A stretch of DNA of 64,000 bases, from NCBI GenBank assembly GCA_965208325.1, contig OZ242326.1, positions 1,728,001 to 1,792,000 on the forward strand. Direction: 5' to 3'. This document shows, piece after piece, positions 1-10,017 of this stretch; position 1 is the first letter of the stretch; every line of letters starts with the position of its first letter. The notes beneath the pieces are model-generated. The model ran no database searches, was not told the origin of the DNA, and saw nothing but the letters and a program-made list of their open reading frames with translations. The DNA comes from Candidatus Poribacteria bacterium. Lineage in GTDB: Bacteria > Poribacteria > WGA-4E > PCPOR2b. The position numbers were made by a program, and so were the translations under genes.

Positions 1-47
1 ATGCGTGCGCCGAATAAAGTCATTGATGGCTCCGCCATATCGGAAGA

Positions 48-1562
48 ATGAAAAGGTCGAATAAACTATGGGGCGGGCGGTTCCGCTCAGACCCCGCTAC
101 TAAAACTGAAGACTTCACGCAATCGATTGAAGTTGATTCTCGCTTGGTTGCGCACGACATCTGGGGGAGCCAAGCCCATGCAATAATGCTGGCGTATCAG
201 GGCATCATATCTGATGTAGACCTTCAACATATCCTAACCGGGTTACACAAAGCCGAAAAAGATTTCCGCAACGGGACGTTCCGCCTCGAACGCGACAAGG
301 AAGATGTCCACTTGAACGTGGAGGCGTACCTTATCAGTCAAGCTGGACGCGAATTTGGCGGAAAACTGCACACGGCGCGATCCCGGAACGACCAGATACT
401 TGCCGATGCCCGCCTATACATTCGGGAGCAGCTCCTCCAGTGCCAAGGCGGTTTGTCTCGTCTATGCCGCCGATTCTTAGCAATTGCAAAAGCGCACCCC
501 GAAACAGTCATGCCGGGCTACACCCATACGCAGCACGCGCAGCCAATCAGCCTCGGTTTTTGGGCAACCGCCTACGTCAGCATGTTTCTGCGAGATTGCA
601 AACGCTTGAACGCTGCCTATGAAATCGTGAATGTTAATCCGCTCGGCGCATGTGCGCTAGCCGGCACGTCCTTTCCAATCGATCGCCGCTTGACAGCGGA
701 GTTACTCGGTTTTGATTCCGTGCAGGAACACGCTCTGGATGTCATCAGCTCCCGCGATTTCATCGCCGAGCCGCTCTGTGCTTTGGCGGTGCTAATGGCA
801 AACCTCTCTCGATTCAGCGAGGAACTTGTTTATTGGACATCTTACGAATTCGGCATGGCTGTGATTGATGATGCTTATGCGTCCGGCAGCTCGATTATGC
901 CTCAGAAAAAAAACCCTGACCTCGCCGAACTCATACGCGGACGCACCGGCCGCATCTACGGTGCGCTTGTGGATCACCTGACTAACCTCAAGGCGTTGCC
1001 GATGGGCTATAACCGCGACCTGCAAGAAGATAAACCGCCGTTGTGGGATTCCTTTGACATCATCCAATCTTGCTTGGGAATACTGCCTGACATACTTGAA
1101 ACGCTTAATTTTCAAACAGACCGAATGGAAGCGTTGGCAAACGCCAACTTTGCGACTGCGACGGAGTTGGCAAATTATCTAGTTGGTGAATGCGGCATTG
1201 CGTTTCGTGAGTGCCACGAAATTGTTGGCGGCGTCGTGGGCGATCTGGTGGGGATGGGCAAGCCTTTTCAAGACTGGGAGGAGACGCAAATACTGTTGCA
1301 ACAACGAGGCATCAAACTGTCCATTCCAAAACTCCAAGCTATTCTCGATTCAAAGTGCGCGCTTCGTAATTACCAGAGCCTTGGGAGTGCATCACCCGAT
1401 GAGGTTAAGCGGATGACCGAGGAATTTGAGGAAAGGTTGGACGTTATTGAGGCGAAAATTGAAACTCGGCAAGCTGCGATTCAGGCGGCGCACGAACGCA
1501 CTCGCCAAATCGTCGAACGGGTGCTGGCAGGCAAGCCGATTGGGGAGGTCTTGCCCGAATAA
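48..1562 (+). CDS. argH: Argininosuccinate lyase
   Basis: KLWGGRF N-terminus, LHTARSRNDQ, MPGYTHTQHAQP and the fumarase-family signature GSSIMPQKKNPD. Confidence 0.97.
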   Translation: MKRSNKLWGGRFRSDPATKTEDFTQSIEVDSRLVAHDIWGSQAHAIMLAYQGIISDVDLQHILTGLHKAEKDFRNGTFRLERDKEDVHLNVEAYLISQAGREFGGKLHTARSRNDQILADARLYIREQLLQCQGGLSRLCRRFLAIAKAHPETVMPGYTHTQHAQPISLGFWATAYVSMFLRDCKRLNAAYEIVNVNPLGACALAGTSFPIDRRLTAELLGFDSVQEHALDVISSRDFIAEPLCALAVLMANLSRFSEELVYWTSYEFGMAVIDDAYASGSSIMPQKKNPDLAELIRGRTGRIYGALVDHLTNLKALPMGYNRDLQEDKPPLWDSFDIIQSCLGILPDILETLNFQTDRMEALANANFATATELANYLVGECGIAFRECHEIVGGVVGDLVGMGKPFQDWEETQILLQQRGIKLSIPKLQAILDSKCALRNYQSLGSASPDEVKRMTEEFEERLDVIEAKIETRQAAIQAAHERTRQIVERVLAGKPIGEVLPE

Positions 1563-1619
1563 CGGATCGGCATTCCCGGACGAGGTGAACGCCTTCCAAA
1601 TACAAACGCAAATCAATTG

Positions 1620-2357
1620 ATGAAACCGGATACTGCTGAAAATAGGCTCATCGTCCCGTTAGATGTCGATAGTTTGGCGGATGCGAATCGAATTGTCGCA
1701 CAGCTCTTCAATTGTGTGAGAATGTTCAAAGTTGGCAAACAACTCTTCACGGCTGCCGGTCCCCCCGCTGTCAAGAGACTGATTGAGGAGAAAAAGGATG
1801 TCTTTTTAGACCTTAAATTCCACGACATCGCCAACACCGTTGCGGGGGCGGTTGCATCGGCAACAAAAATTGGCGCAGAGATGATCAACATGCACGCTTC
1901 AGGCGGACTTCAAATGATGCGCGCCGCAAAGGAAACCGCTGAAAGGATAGCATCGGAACTGGATATTCCCCCGCCGACGCTCTTGGGGGTAACTATCCTC
2001 ACGAGCATTGATGAGGCGGCCTTCCAGCGCGACTTTGGAACGAGTCGCAAGCTGAGAGATCAGGTCGCTTATCTCGCGGAACTTTCTCAAACCGCTGGCT
2101 TGAACGGCGTGGTCGCCTCGCCGTTAGAGATTGGGCGGGTTCGCGAGGTTTGCGGCGGCGATTTTGTCATTGTTACGCCCGGTGTTCGCCCAAAATGGGC
2201 ACGGCGCGGGGATCAGCGGCGCATCATGACGCCCGTAGAAGCCATTGCGGAGGGCGCGGACTATATCGTTGTTGGGCGCCCAATTACTGCTTCCAATCGA
2301 CCACGTGAGGCGGCAAACGCAATTATTGGTGAAATTAAGCAGGCTGAAGAAGGATGA
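1620..2357 (+). CDS. pyrF: Orotidine-5'-phosphate decarboxylase
   Basis: LIVPLD, FLDLKFHDIANT, VTPGVRP, GADYIVVGRPI motifs; ATG 1620 (TTG 1617 alternative). Confidence 0.97.
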   Translation: MKPDTAENRLIVPLDVDSLADANRIVAQLFNCVRMFKVGKQLFTAAGPPAVKRLIEEKKDVFLDLKFHDIANTVAGAVASATKIGAEMINMHASGGLQMMRAAKETAERIASELDIPPPTLLGVTILTSIDEAAFQRDFGTSRKLRDQVAYLAELSQTAGLNGVVASPLEIGRVREVCGGDFVIVTPGVRPKWARRGDQRRIMTPVEAIAEGADYIVVGRPITASNRPREAANAIIGEIKQAEEG

Positions 2358-2478
2358 AAGAGACGTGGATGTGAGATCCCCTTCCGTCTAATCTAATCAT
2401 GTTCCTCCACGCCTTTCGTCAATCGGAGGTAAACTCCGGGAATAGGTGCTTTATTCAGCCCCATTACACTGGACAACT

Positions 2479-3039
2479 ATGCTCAATCAAGACCGAGTTT
2501 TAGAAATCTTTCAATTTTCGGGTGCATTACTAGCCGGGCATTTCCAACTTAGATCTGGACTGCATAGCGATCGTTTTTTACAAACTTCCGTTGTCCTGCA
2601 ACATCCGGCGTATACTTCAGCAATTGGCACCGAGATTGCGGATCGAGTAAGGGGGTACCGCGCTAATATTGTGATCGGTCCCGCAATCGGCGGGGTGATT
2701 TTGGCGTACGACGTGGCGCGGGTATTGGGTGCCCGCGCCATGTTCGGCGAGAAGAACGGCGATCAGATGACGCTTCGGCCGGGGTTTAATATTGCACCCC
2801 GCGATCGGATTGTCGTCGTAGATGATGTTCTGACAACGGGCGGGTCGGTGTTCAAATTAGTAAATCTTTGCCGCCGATACGGCGCGCAGGTCGTCGTGAC
2901 AGCATTTATCGTTGACCGCAGCACAACGCCAATTGACTTTGGCGTTCCGACAATTTCCCTCGCGGCAATCAATATTGCTACGTATGCGTCCGATGAATGC
3001 CCTATGTGCCGGCAAGGCATTCCCCTAGTTGAACCGTAA
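2479..3039 (+). CDS. pyrE: Orotate phosphoribosyltransferase
   Basis: GHFQLRSGLHS, PRPP-binding VVVDDVLTTGGS, C-terminal CPMC; follows pyrF; ATG 2479 preferred over GTG 2446. Confidence 0.95.
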   Translation: MLNQDRVLEIFQFSGALLAGHFQLRSGLHSDRFLQTSVVLQHPAYTSAIGTEIADRVRGYRANIVIGPAIGGVILAYDVARVLGARAMFGEKNGDQMTLRPGFNIAPRDRIVVVDDVLTTGGSVFKLVNLCRRYGAQVVVTAFIVDRSTTPIDFGVPTISLAAINIATYASDECPMCRQGIPLVEP

Positions 3040-3156
3040 TTCCGGGAATAACCCCGCTGCACGGGGTATTATGGAAAGGTGCAATAACAGTATGAAGAAA
3101 CGATTCCACCCCGGCCGCTATATCTTTGACATTCGCAATTCACGCAAATCCAAAAC

Positions 3157-4950
3157 ATGAAGCAGAGAATACGAAACTTTTGTATTTTAGGGCACATAGA
3201 TCACGGGAAAAGTACTCTGAGTGATCGCCTTTTGGAATACACTGGTACCTTGACGCAGCGCCAGATGCGGGATCAGGTGCTCGATTTGATGGATCTGGAA
3301 CGCGAACGCGGGATTACGATTAAGGCAACCGTTGTTAGACTGGAGTATCGCGCCGCAGATGGGGAAGTCTACGAGTTAAATCTGATTGATACCCCCGGCC
3401 ACGTTGATTTTACCTACGAGGTCTCTAGGAGTTTAGCCGCGTGCGACGGCGCACTCTTGATTGTCGATGCCGCCCAGGGGGTTGAAGCTCAGACCTTGGC
3501 AAATGCATATCTTGCTATAGATCAAAACCTTGAAATTGTGCCCGTTATCAACAAGATTGACCTTCCTATAGCACGGCCCGACGCGGTGAAACGTGAGATT
3601 GAGGAAATCATCGGGCTGCCCGCTGAAGATGCAATTTTAGTCAGCGCAAAACAGGGTGTTGGGACACACGAGGTGTTAGAGGCAATCGTTAGTTATATTC
3701 CGCCGCCCCAAGGAGATTCTAATGCGCCCTTAAAGGCGTTGGTGATAGACTCGCTATACGATAGCTACCGGGGTGTCGTTATGTATGTCCGCGTTTTTGA
3801 CGGTACGGTCAAGACGGGGGATGGCATTCGGTTGATGGCGACCGAAAAATCTTACGAAGTCGAGGAGGTCGGCGTATTTTTGCCAACTATGGAGCCGGTT
3901 AGCCAGCTCTCCACCGGCTCCGTCGGTTATGTAATCGCTTCAGTTCGGGAGATTGCGGATGCGAAGATCGGGGATACCATCACTCACCAGGACAGAGCGG
4001 CGCTGAAAGCGTTGCCCGGCTATCGTGAACTCAACCCCCTCGTGTTTTGCGGGCTGTATCCGGCAGATGCCGGTGAATTTGTCCCACTCCGGGAAGCGCT
4101 GGAAAAGCTAAGGCTAAACGATGCATCGTTCACTTTTGAGCCCGAAAGTTCCGTTGCGCTCGGCTTTGGTTTTCGATGCGGTTTCTTGGGGCTGCTGCAC
4201 ATGGAGATTATCCAGGAACGCCTTGAACGCGAATTTGATTTGTCTCTTATCCGCACTTCCCCCAGCGTCCGCTATCATGTCTTCCAAACAAATGGAAAAC
4301 GCCTTGTGGTCGATAATCCTGCCCAAATGCCGCCTCCAGACAAAATTGACCACATTGATGAACCACACATCACCGCCGACATTATCGTTTGGAAGGACTA
4401 TATCGGATCAGTAATGGATTTGTGCCAGAAACGGCGAGGACGTTTTATTCAAATGAATCAGCTCGACCAATCCCGCGTACAGGTGATTTACGATCTGCCG
4501 TTAGGCGAGATTCTCATTGATTTCTACGATAAACTTAAATCTGCAACGCGCGGCTACGGTTCGTTAGAATATGACATCGGCGAATATCAGCCTGCGGATT
4601 TGGTGAAATTGGATATTCTGCTCCACGGTAAAGCGGTTGATGCGCTATCGACAATCCTTCATCGCGATTTGGCATACGCCCGCGGCAAAGCTTTGGTCGA
4701 GAAGTTGCATGAGGTGATCCCGCGTCAGATGTTTGAGGCGCCAATTCAAGCGGCAATTGGCAACCGAGTGATAGCTCGAGAAACCATTCGTGCTTTACGT
4801 AAAAATGTCACCGCAAAACTCTATGGCGGCGATGTGACGCGAAAACGAAAGTTGTTGGAACGGCAGAAGGAAGGCAAAAAAAGAATGAAACAAGTTGGCA
4901 GTGTCGAAGTGCCTCAAGAGGCGTTTATGGCGATTCTTTCAATTGAGTAG
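3157..4950 (+). CDS. lepA: Elongation factor 4 (GTPase LepA)
   Basis: [30 protein letters not shown]-terminal [23 protein letters not shown]. Confidence 0.98.
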   Translation: MKQRIRNFCILGHIDHGKSTLSDRLLEYTGTLTQRQMRDQVLDLMDLERERGITIKATVVRLEYRAADGEVYELNLIDTPGHVDFTYEVSRSLAACDGALLIVDAAQGVEAQTLANAYLAIDQNLEIVPVINKIDLPIARPDAVKREIEEIIGLPAEDAILVSAKQGVGTHEVLEAIVSYIPPPQGDSNAPLKALVIDSLYDSYRGVVMYVRVFDGTVKTGDGIRLMATEKSYEVEEVGVFLPTMEPVSQLSTGSVGYVIASVREIADAKIGDTITHQDRAALKALPGYRELNPLVFCGLYPADAGEFVPLREALEKLRLNDASFTFEPESSVALGFGFRCGFLGLLHMEIIQERLEREFDLSLIRTSPSVRYHVFQTNGKRLVVDNPAQMPPPDKIDHIDEPHITADIIVWKDYIGSVMDLCQKRRGRFIQMNQLDQSRVQVIYDLPLGEILIDFYDKLKSATRGYGSLEYDIGEYQPADLVKLDILLHGKAVDALSTILHRDLAYARGKALVEKLHEVIPRQMFEAPIQAAIGNRVIARETIRALRKNVTAKLYGGDVTRKRKLLERQKEGKKRMKQVGSVEVPQEAFMAILSIE

Positions 4951-5040
4951 CAAGGAAGCGGAAAGTATTACGAGCACGACGCTGAATCAGTTTAGAAGGG
5001 CTGCATGACGTTACTTTGGAATAGGTCGGTGCCAAAGTCA

Positions 5041-5064
5041 AAGAGACTAGAAAGTCTCTCCTAC
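5041..5064 (-). repeat. GTAG-type REP-like palindrome
   Basis: Minus strand GTAG-GAGAGACT-TTCT-AGTCTCTT: GTAG tetramer followed by a hairpin. Confidence 0.6.
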
Positions 5065-5075
5065 GGTTAGAGAGG

Positions 5076-5126
5076 GGCAGAATCGGCAAATTAATCCGGT
5101 CGGAATTTGATGGCAGTCAAGAGTAA
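5076..5126 (+). pseudogene. 3'-terminal remnant of a second signal peptidase I gene
   Basis: Translates GRIGKLIRSEFDGSQE*, versus the lepB end SRIGKLIRSEFEASKE* at 6074-6124. Confidence 0.8.
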
Positions 5127-5284
5127 GGAGCGAACACGAGCAAGCAATGGAAGCGCGGAGACGTGAGAGGCTAAAGTTCGTCCTTCAATTCTCACGGTTC
5201 GCATTCCGCATCTTTCATAAACACCGGTTTCTTGTATTAATTTTTTTTGCACTGATATTGCTTATTATTGGAGGAATTTTATTG

Positions 5285-6124
5285 ATGAATACAGATACAA
5301 ACGACACAAAGGAAAACCTTTCGCGATGGCAGCGATTCCAGCAGACCGTGGTATGGGAGTATCTACAAGTCATCATTGTCGCTTTCGTTCTCGTTTTTGG
5401 GTTTATTCGCCCCTTTGTTGTCGAAGCATTCAAAATCCCTTCGGGTTCAATGGAGAACACACTGCTTGTTGGCGATCGTATCCTCGTCTGCAAGTTCATC
5501 TACGGAATTAAAGTACCCGGTACGGACATCGAACTCCTTAACTTTCATAAACCGGCGCGGGGAGATGTCTTTGTCTTTATTCCACCCCACGAGCGGGCAA
5601 AGAATTTCATCAAGCGCATTGTCGCTGTGGAGGGTGATGAGATTGAAACTAGGGGGGACAGGCTTTACGTCAACGGCCGTGCAATCGACGATAGCAGTTA
5701 CACCAAGCACGTTCCGTTTCCCACGCCCGACTTTCCACCGTTCCACGCAAAAGGGGTGAGAAGCGGTATGCTGTCCATGGATAAATTTCCAACCTTTGAT
5801 GCCCAAGAAGATTTTGACGGTCTGTTTTCCGACTACAAGCTGTCACCGAATCAGTTCCGCATGAAGTTCCCGATGGGCAAACCGTTTAAGGTCCCAAAGG
5901 GTTATGTCTTTGCGATGGGTGACAATCGAGATCAGAGTCAGGATAGCCGTACGTGGGGACCGGTTTCTGTAAGGGACATCAAGGGTCAGGCGTTCTTGGT
6001 CTACTGGTCGCACGATAGCAGAAATCGTACAAAGCCTTGGCAGATTTGGAAGATTATCGGAGATATACGATTTAGCAGAATCGGCAAATTAATCCGATCG
6101 GAATTCGAAGCGAGCAAAGAGTGA
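5285..6124 (+). CDS. lepB: Signal peptidase I
   Basis: IPSGSMENTLLVGDRI (catalytic Ser), FIKRIV (Lys), MGDNRDQSQDSR; GGAGG at 5270-5274 supports a start at 5282/5285 rather than 5147. Confidence 0.95.
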   Translation: MNTDTNDTKENLSRWQRFQQTVVWEYLQVIIVAFVLVFGFIRPFVVEAFKIPSGSMENTLLVGDRILVCKFIYGIKVPGTDIELLNFHKPARGDVFVFIPPHERAKNFIKRIVAVEGDEIETRGDRLYVNGRAIDDSSYTKHVPFPTPDFPPFHAKGVRSGMLSMDKFPTFDAQEDFDGLFSDYKLSPNQFRMKFPMGKPFKVPKGYVFAMGDNRDQSQDSRTWGPVSVRDIKGQAFLVYWSHDSRNRTKPWQIWKIIGDIRFSRIGKLIRSEFEASKE

Positions 6125-6216
6125 GACGTGAAGACTAGCGTAGGAAGATTCAAGAGATAAACGGCATTTCATGTTAAATGCAGCTCCGTTTCGTTCAAAT
6201 TGGAGGCAAACGCCCA

Positions 6217-7314
6217 TTGTCTGTTGCAGTCTGTCTAGAACGTGTTGTTAAAGCCTTCGATACCACCGTCGCCGTAAACGATGTCAGCCTTGAGATTCGA
6301 GAAGGCGAGCTGTTTTTTCTGTTGGGACCGTCAGGCTGCGGCAAGACAACCTGTTTGCGGGTTATCGCCGGATTCTATGAACCTGACGTTGGAGAATTGC
6401 GGTTTGGCGGTCGCGTCATGAATAGCGTGCCGCCTCATAAGCGAAACACCGGGATGGTATTTCAAAACTATGCGCTCTGGCCGCATATGAATGTTTATGA
6501 AAATGTCGAATACGGTTTGACCATCCGTAAGGTCGATAAGGAAGCCCGCAAGAATAGGGTGGCGGAGGTGCTCAATGTCGTTCGTATGCCGGAGTATGCC
6601 GACCGCCCCGTCAATAAACTCTCTGGCGGACAGCAACAGCGGATTGCCTTGGCGCGTGCGTTGGTGGTTGAGCCAGACGTGTTGCTGCTAGATGAGCCGC
6701 TCAGTAACCTTGACGCAAAACTTCGCCTGGAGATGCGGCACGAAATCAAGCGGATTCATTCGCAAGCGAACATCACGGCAATCTACGTCACGCACGATCA
6801 GCACGAAGCCCTCTCCCTGGCCGATCGGATGGCAATCATGAATGACGGGGTAATCGTACAAGTTGGCGCGCCGCGCGAGGTCTATCGCGCGCCTGCGAAC
6901 GCTTTTGTCGCTAGCTTCATTGGCGAGACGAATTTCATTGAAGGCCGGATTAGCGCTCAGTCGAACGGAGCCGCCGAAATTATAACGACGATGGGGATTC
7001 TTCACACGACAACAATCTATCACGAATTTGCCAACGGGGAAAACGTAACCTGTTCTATCCGTCCCGAATCCATCCATATCCACGATGAAATGCCATCGGG
7101 TGTTCCGAATCGTCTGAGCGCGAAGGTCGTTGAGGCAACCTATCTCGGTCGTATTGAGGAATACCAGCTTGCGCTCAACGACAAATTTAAAGCCAAGGCA
7201 AGTCTATACAATCCTGGGCGGCAAGGCAAGGCGGTCGGCGAGACAATCCATTGCTGCATCCATCCGGAAGATGTAATCCCGCTGCCAGTGGACGGACGGT
7301 TAAGCGATTCTTGA
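6217..7314 (+). CDS. ABC transporter ATP-binding subunit (PotA/FbpC-like, TOBE-like C-terminus)
   Basis: GPSGCGKT, LSGGQQQR, LLLDEPLSNLD, YVTHDQ; TTG start at 6217 after GGAGG. Confidence 0.93.
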   Translation: MSVAVCLERVVKAFDTTVAVNDVSLEIREGELFFLLGPSGCGKTTCLRVIAGFYEPDVGELRFGGRVMNSVPPHKRNTGMVFQNYALWPHMNVYENVEYGLTIRKVDKEARKNRVAEVLNVVRMPEYADRPVNKLSGGQQQRIALARALVVEPDVLLLDEPLSNLDAKLRLEMRHEIKRIHSQANITAIYVTHDQHEALSLADRMAIMNDGVIVQVGAPREVYRAPANAFVASFIGETNFIEGRISAQSNGAAEIITTMGILHTTTIYHEFANGENVTCSIRPESIHIHDEMPSGVPNRLSAKVVEATYLGRIEEYQLALNDKFKAKASLYNPGRQGKAVGETIHCCIHPEDVIPLPVDGRLSDS

Positions 7315-7556
7315 ACATTGACTTGCCGAATTCCGAAAACCTGTGAAATATTTTAATCGCCAAGTTGCATATAGAAACTCAAAATTCATTGCTCCCGCTC
7401 CCCAGAGTAACAGAATGAAACTTGATACTGAGATTTTTCTTGAGGACTCGGTTTATTTTACGGAGCGGTGTACGCAAACCACTTCTTTATGACCGTCGCC
7501 TTGCATTTCCATGCCCAAATTTATACCCGGCGAATGTACACTTCGGGCAAGATTAT

Positions 7557-7586
7557 TTGACACGTTACTCAAGTAAAAGTTATAAT
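7557..7586 (+). promoter_or_regulatory. Consensus sigma70-type promoter with a palindrome in the spacer
   Basis: TTGACA(7557-7562)-N18-TATAAT(7581-7586); spacer contains TTACT-CA-AGTAA. Confidence 0.7.
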
Positions 7587-7608
7587 TCCATTGGGAGGCA
7601 ATACCAAA

Positions 7609-7866
7609 ATGGACCAATCAACGCTACAAACAATTGGGATTTTCTTATCGCCGAGTCTGCTGTTGTTTATTGCAATAATCGTCAACAAACGTATTGATGA
7701 TTTGAGGGAAGATATAAAAGGATTTCGATCCGAGATAAACAATAATATAAAAGACCTTCAATCGGAGATGAAAATGGAACACGCCGCGCTCGCTAACAAA
7801 GTTGATTCACTGAGTCAGGATTTTACCAAGCACCTAATCGAATTGCATGGAAAACAAGAAAGTTAG
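7609..7866 (+). CDS. Small protein with an N-terminal TM helix and a coiled coil, function unknown
   Basis: GGAGG then ATG 7609; hydrophobic IGIFLSPSLLLFIAIIV followed by heptad-like NKRIDDLREDIKGFRSEINNNIKDLQSEM. Confidence 0.75.
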   Translation: MDQSTLQTIGIFLSPSLLLFIAIIVNKRIDDLREDIKGFRSEINNNIKDLQSEMKMEHAALANKVDSLSQDFTKHLIELHGKQES

Positions 7867-7925
7867 ATAGGCACTTCCCATACGAACACATCAACGAAAT
7901 TTTCGTTTTTTTTGCGCTCATGAAA

Positions 7926-7987
7926 TTTTCGCCGTGCCCGTCCGCTAAATTTGGCACTATACTTCACGCCCGTAAATACCAGTTCAT
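7926..7987 (-). pseudogene. N-terminal fragment of a DUF805 (YhaH/YhaI-like) membrane protein gene
   Basis: MNWYLRA* then, in another frame, KYSAKFSGRARRK; resembles the DUF805 N-terminus MNWYL..LKKYA.FSGRARRKEYW as recalled. Confidence 0.65.
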
Positions 7988-8083
7988 TTTCTATCTCTTC
8001 GCTACCCTTTGAATAATTTACGTTGGATGGCCGCCGCGTCTTGTGTAATGAACTCTTGATTATATGGAGATCCCCTTTTTCTG

Positions 8084-8098
8084 GCAAACTCCGTGCCA
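8084..8098 (-). promoter_or_regulatory. Sigma54 (-24/-12) promoter motif
   Basis: Minus strand TGGCACG-GAGT-TTGC matches TGGCACG-N4-TTGC, about 100 bp upstream of the DUF805 fragment. Confidence 0.6.
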
Positions 8099-8295
8099 AA
8101 GCGTTTTACTTCAAGAGCAAATCCCCTAGAGTGTGGACGCTCCTCGCACCTGCACACTAGCGAGGAACAATCTCCCCCAGAGCCTGCTGCAAGACTGCCA
8201 AATCACCCGGGCGTCATCGCTAATACGCCGAGCAAAAACCACGGACTTTCGCCAATATCCTGCACTACGAAAAACCCTTCAAAAAGGTTGAGGAG

Positions 8296-8520
8296 ATGAA
8301 TTACAGAGACATCATTACCATCGAACCGGGCAAACGCAGCGGGGAACCGTGCATTCGCGGAATGCGCATCACCGTGTACGATGTTCTTGAATATCTTGCT
8401 TCGGGGATGACAAACGCGTAAATTCTTTGCGAGTTTCCCGAACTGGCTGAAGCAGACATCCGAGCTTGTCTTGCGTATGCCGCGGACCGAGAAAAATCGC
8501 AGATGGTTGTTTACACACAT
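8296..8520 (+). pseudogene. DUF433 (VapB45-like antitoxin) gene with an internal stop
   Basis: AGGAG then MNYRDIITIEPGKRSGEPCIRGMRITVYDVLEYLASGMTNA*ILCEFPELAEADIRACLAYAADRE; TAA at 8419-8421; 3' end approximate. Confidence 0.85.
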
Positions 8521-8614
8521 GAAACTGCTATTCGATCAGAACCTGTCGGCCCAGTTAGCGACTCGGCTGGCGAATCTGTATCCTGATTCCACCCACGTTA
8601 AAGCCGTTGGTTAA
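8519..8614 (+). pseudogene. Truncated DUF5615 (PIN-like, VapC45-like toxin) gene
   Basis: MKLLFDQNLSAQLATRLANLYPDSTHVKAVG* (31 aa only), directly after DUF433. Confidence 0.8.
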
Positions 8615-8739
8615 CCCACCGCCTCACAAATTGTAAACTTCCTTGTTTTTGCATTCGAGAATAGACTTTCTCTTGAATTCGCTACTTAGTCAAAACCAAC
8701 CCGATTAACCAAACAGGAAGGGGCAAAACCGAAACTTTC

Positions 8740-8961
8740 TCACCTACATCTCCATACGTACCTAACCACCACGCCGATGAGAATCAAGCAAACGACCAGC
8801 CCGATCAAACCGAGAATGATACCTAAAATGTTGAACATCCAGTGCCCAGCAGAGGAATGGCTAAATTCCCACAACAACCATAACGAGCCGTATCCTACGA
8901 CAAGGATGAATCCCGCGGTGATCAAACTGGCTAACAGCTTGAGAAGGCAACCGAGATTCAT
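8740..8961 (-). CDS. Small two-TM hypothetical membrane protein
   Basis: GGAGG then MNLGCLLKLL...; two hydrophobic segments. Confidence 0.6.
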   Translation of the reverse strand: MNLGCLLKLLASLITAGFILVVGYGSLWLLWEFSHSSAGHWMFNILGIILGLIGLVVCLILIGVVVRYVWRCR

Positions 8962-9017
8962 GCCAACCCTCCATTTAGCTTTACCAATCCCTAGGAAACG
9001 AGTTTCAATGTTATTTT

Positions 9018-9914
9018 TCACGAAAATCTGATGAAAAACGGCTGTGTCCACGCCATGCGTCCGCCGGCGCCGTAGCATTCCGCGCGGATATATCCCAACT
9101 GCGCGGCATCGTCCGGGCTTTCCGGTAGTGTGAATGTAGCTTCAGGGGCATTGACAGTGGAACGGATGACGCCGGCGTTACTGATGAAACGGATTCGCTG
9201 CGCATCTTCAGTTTCTACATGCACCGTTGTACCTTCCGCACCGACGCGGGTGACTGTGACACCAGTAGAGCCGTAGAAACTGCCGGCTTTGAGCGCCGAT
9301 GTAATGTCTTCAACCGTGCAATTTTCTGTCTGTACCATGTTCCAAGCCAGTTCAACGTCGATCGGGAGGTGCGAATCGTCGTGCGCAAATCCCCAAATAG
9401 TGCGTCCCATTGTCAGCAAGCGATCCCACCGATCAGTGGCTATTGCGACGCCGGGCAGGCGTTCAATGACGCCGTTGTAGATTTCGATGCCGTGGTAGCG
9501 ATTGAGGGACTCCATCTGTTCCTGTGGAAAATGATTAAAGTGCGCTTCAAAGTTCGGGTGGTTCAGCACACTCACGCCGCCCTGTTTGTTGATTTCGTCG
9601 ATAACCCACTGTCGATTTGGGTGCGGCTCAATCCAGGCTTCCGCGTTGACCTGCAAAACATGGGGACCTCGCGCCGTCACTTCAACCGCCGGGATAAGCG
9701 TCATGGAGGTCTCTTTCTGAAAGCCATCGAGTTTAACCAACACGTCGTGATCCGAGATAGCCAAGAAATCGTAACCTCGGCTATCGTAGTCGGCAATTAC
9801 CGCTTCGGGCGGACGAGAGCCGTCGCTGCGGGTTGTATGGGTATGCAGGTTGCCGCGGAACCAGTTTGAAGCCCCTGTGTAGCTGCTCTTTAGCTGGATA
9901 CCGTTATTTGACAT
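9018..9914 (-). CDS. PHP-domain metallohydrolase (CehA/McbA-like)
   Basis: WFRGNLHTHTTRSDG, YDFLAISDH, LNHP, EIYN, HDDSH; ATG 9914 after an AGGAG-type RBS. Confidence 0.88.
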   Translation of the reverse strand: MSNNGIQLKSSYTGASNWFRGNLHTHTTRSDGSRPPEAVIADYDSRGYDFLAISDHDVLVKLDGFQKETSMTLIPAVEVTARGPHVLQVNAEAWIEPHPNRQWVIDEINKQGGVSVLNHPNFEAHFNHFPQEQMESLNRYHGIEIYNGVIERLPGVAIATDRWDRLLTMGRTIWGFAHDDSHLPIDVELAWNMVQTENCTVEDITSALKAGSFYGSTGVTVTRVGAEGTTVHVETEDAQRIRFISNAGVIRSTVNAPEATFTLPESPDDAAQLGYIRAECYGAGGRMAWTQPFFIRFS

Positions 9915-10017
9915 TTTTGACTCCTTCTTCGCAAGACATACAGACATGTCCGCGATTAGTTCAAACAAACCTTTTAAACTTACTGGCCACTGGACACTGG
10001 CCGCTGATTCTGCGGTT

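Noticed and set aside
5147..5284. N-terminal extension of lepB in the ORF track
   Set aside because: GGAGG at 5270-5274 supports a start at 5282/5285; the extension is probably intergenic
8203..8520. 105-aa minus-strand ORF
   Set aside because: Antisense shadow of the DUF433 pseudogene
7315..9017. Prophage or integrative element
   Set aside because: No integrase, att-like repeats or phage genes; only decayed accessory fragments
9982..10005. Short heptamer-like repeats (CCACTGG/ACACTGG)
   Set aside because: Only about three imperfect units; too short to interpret
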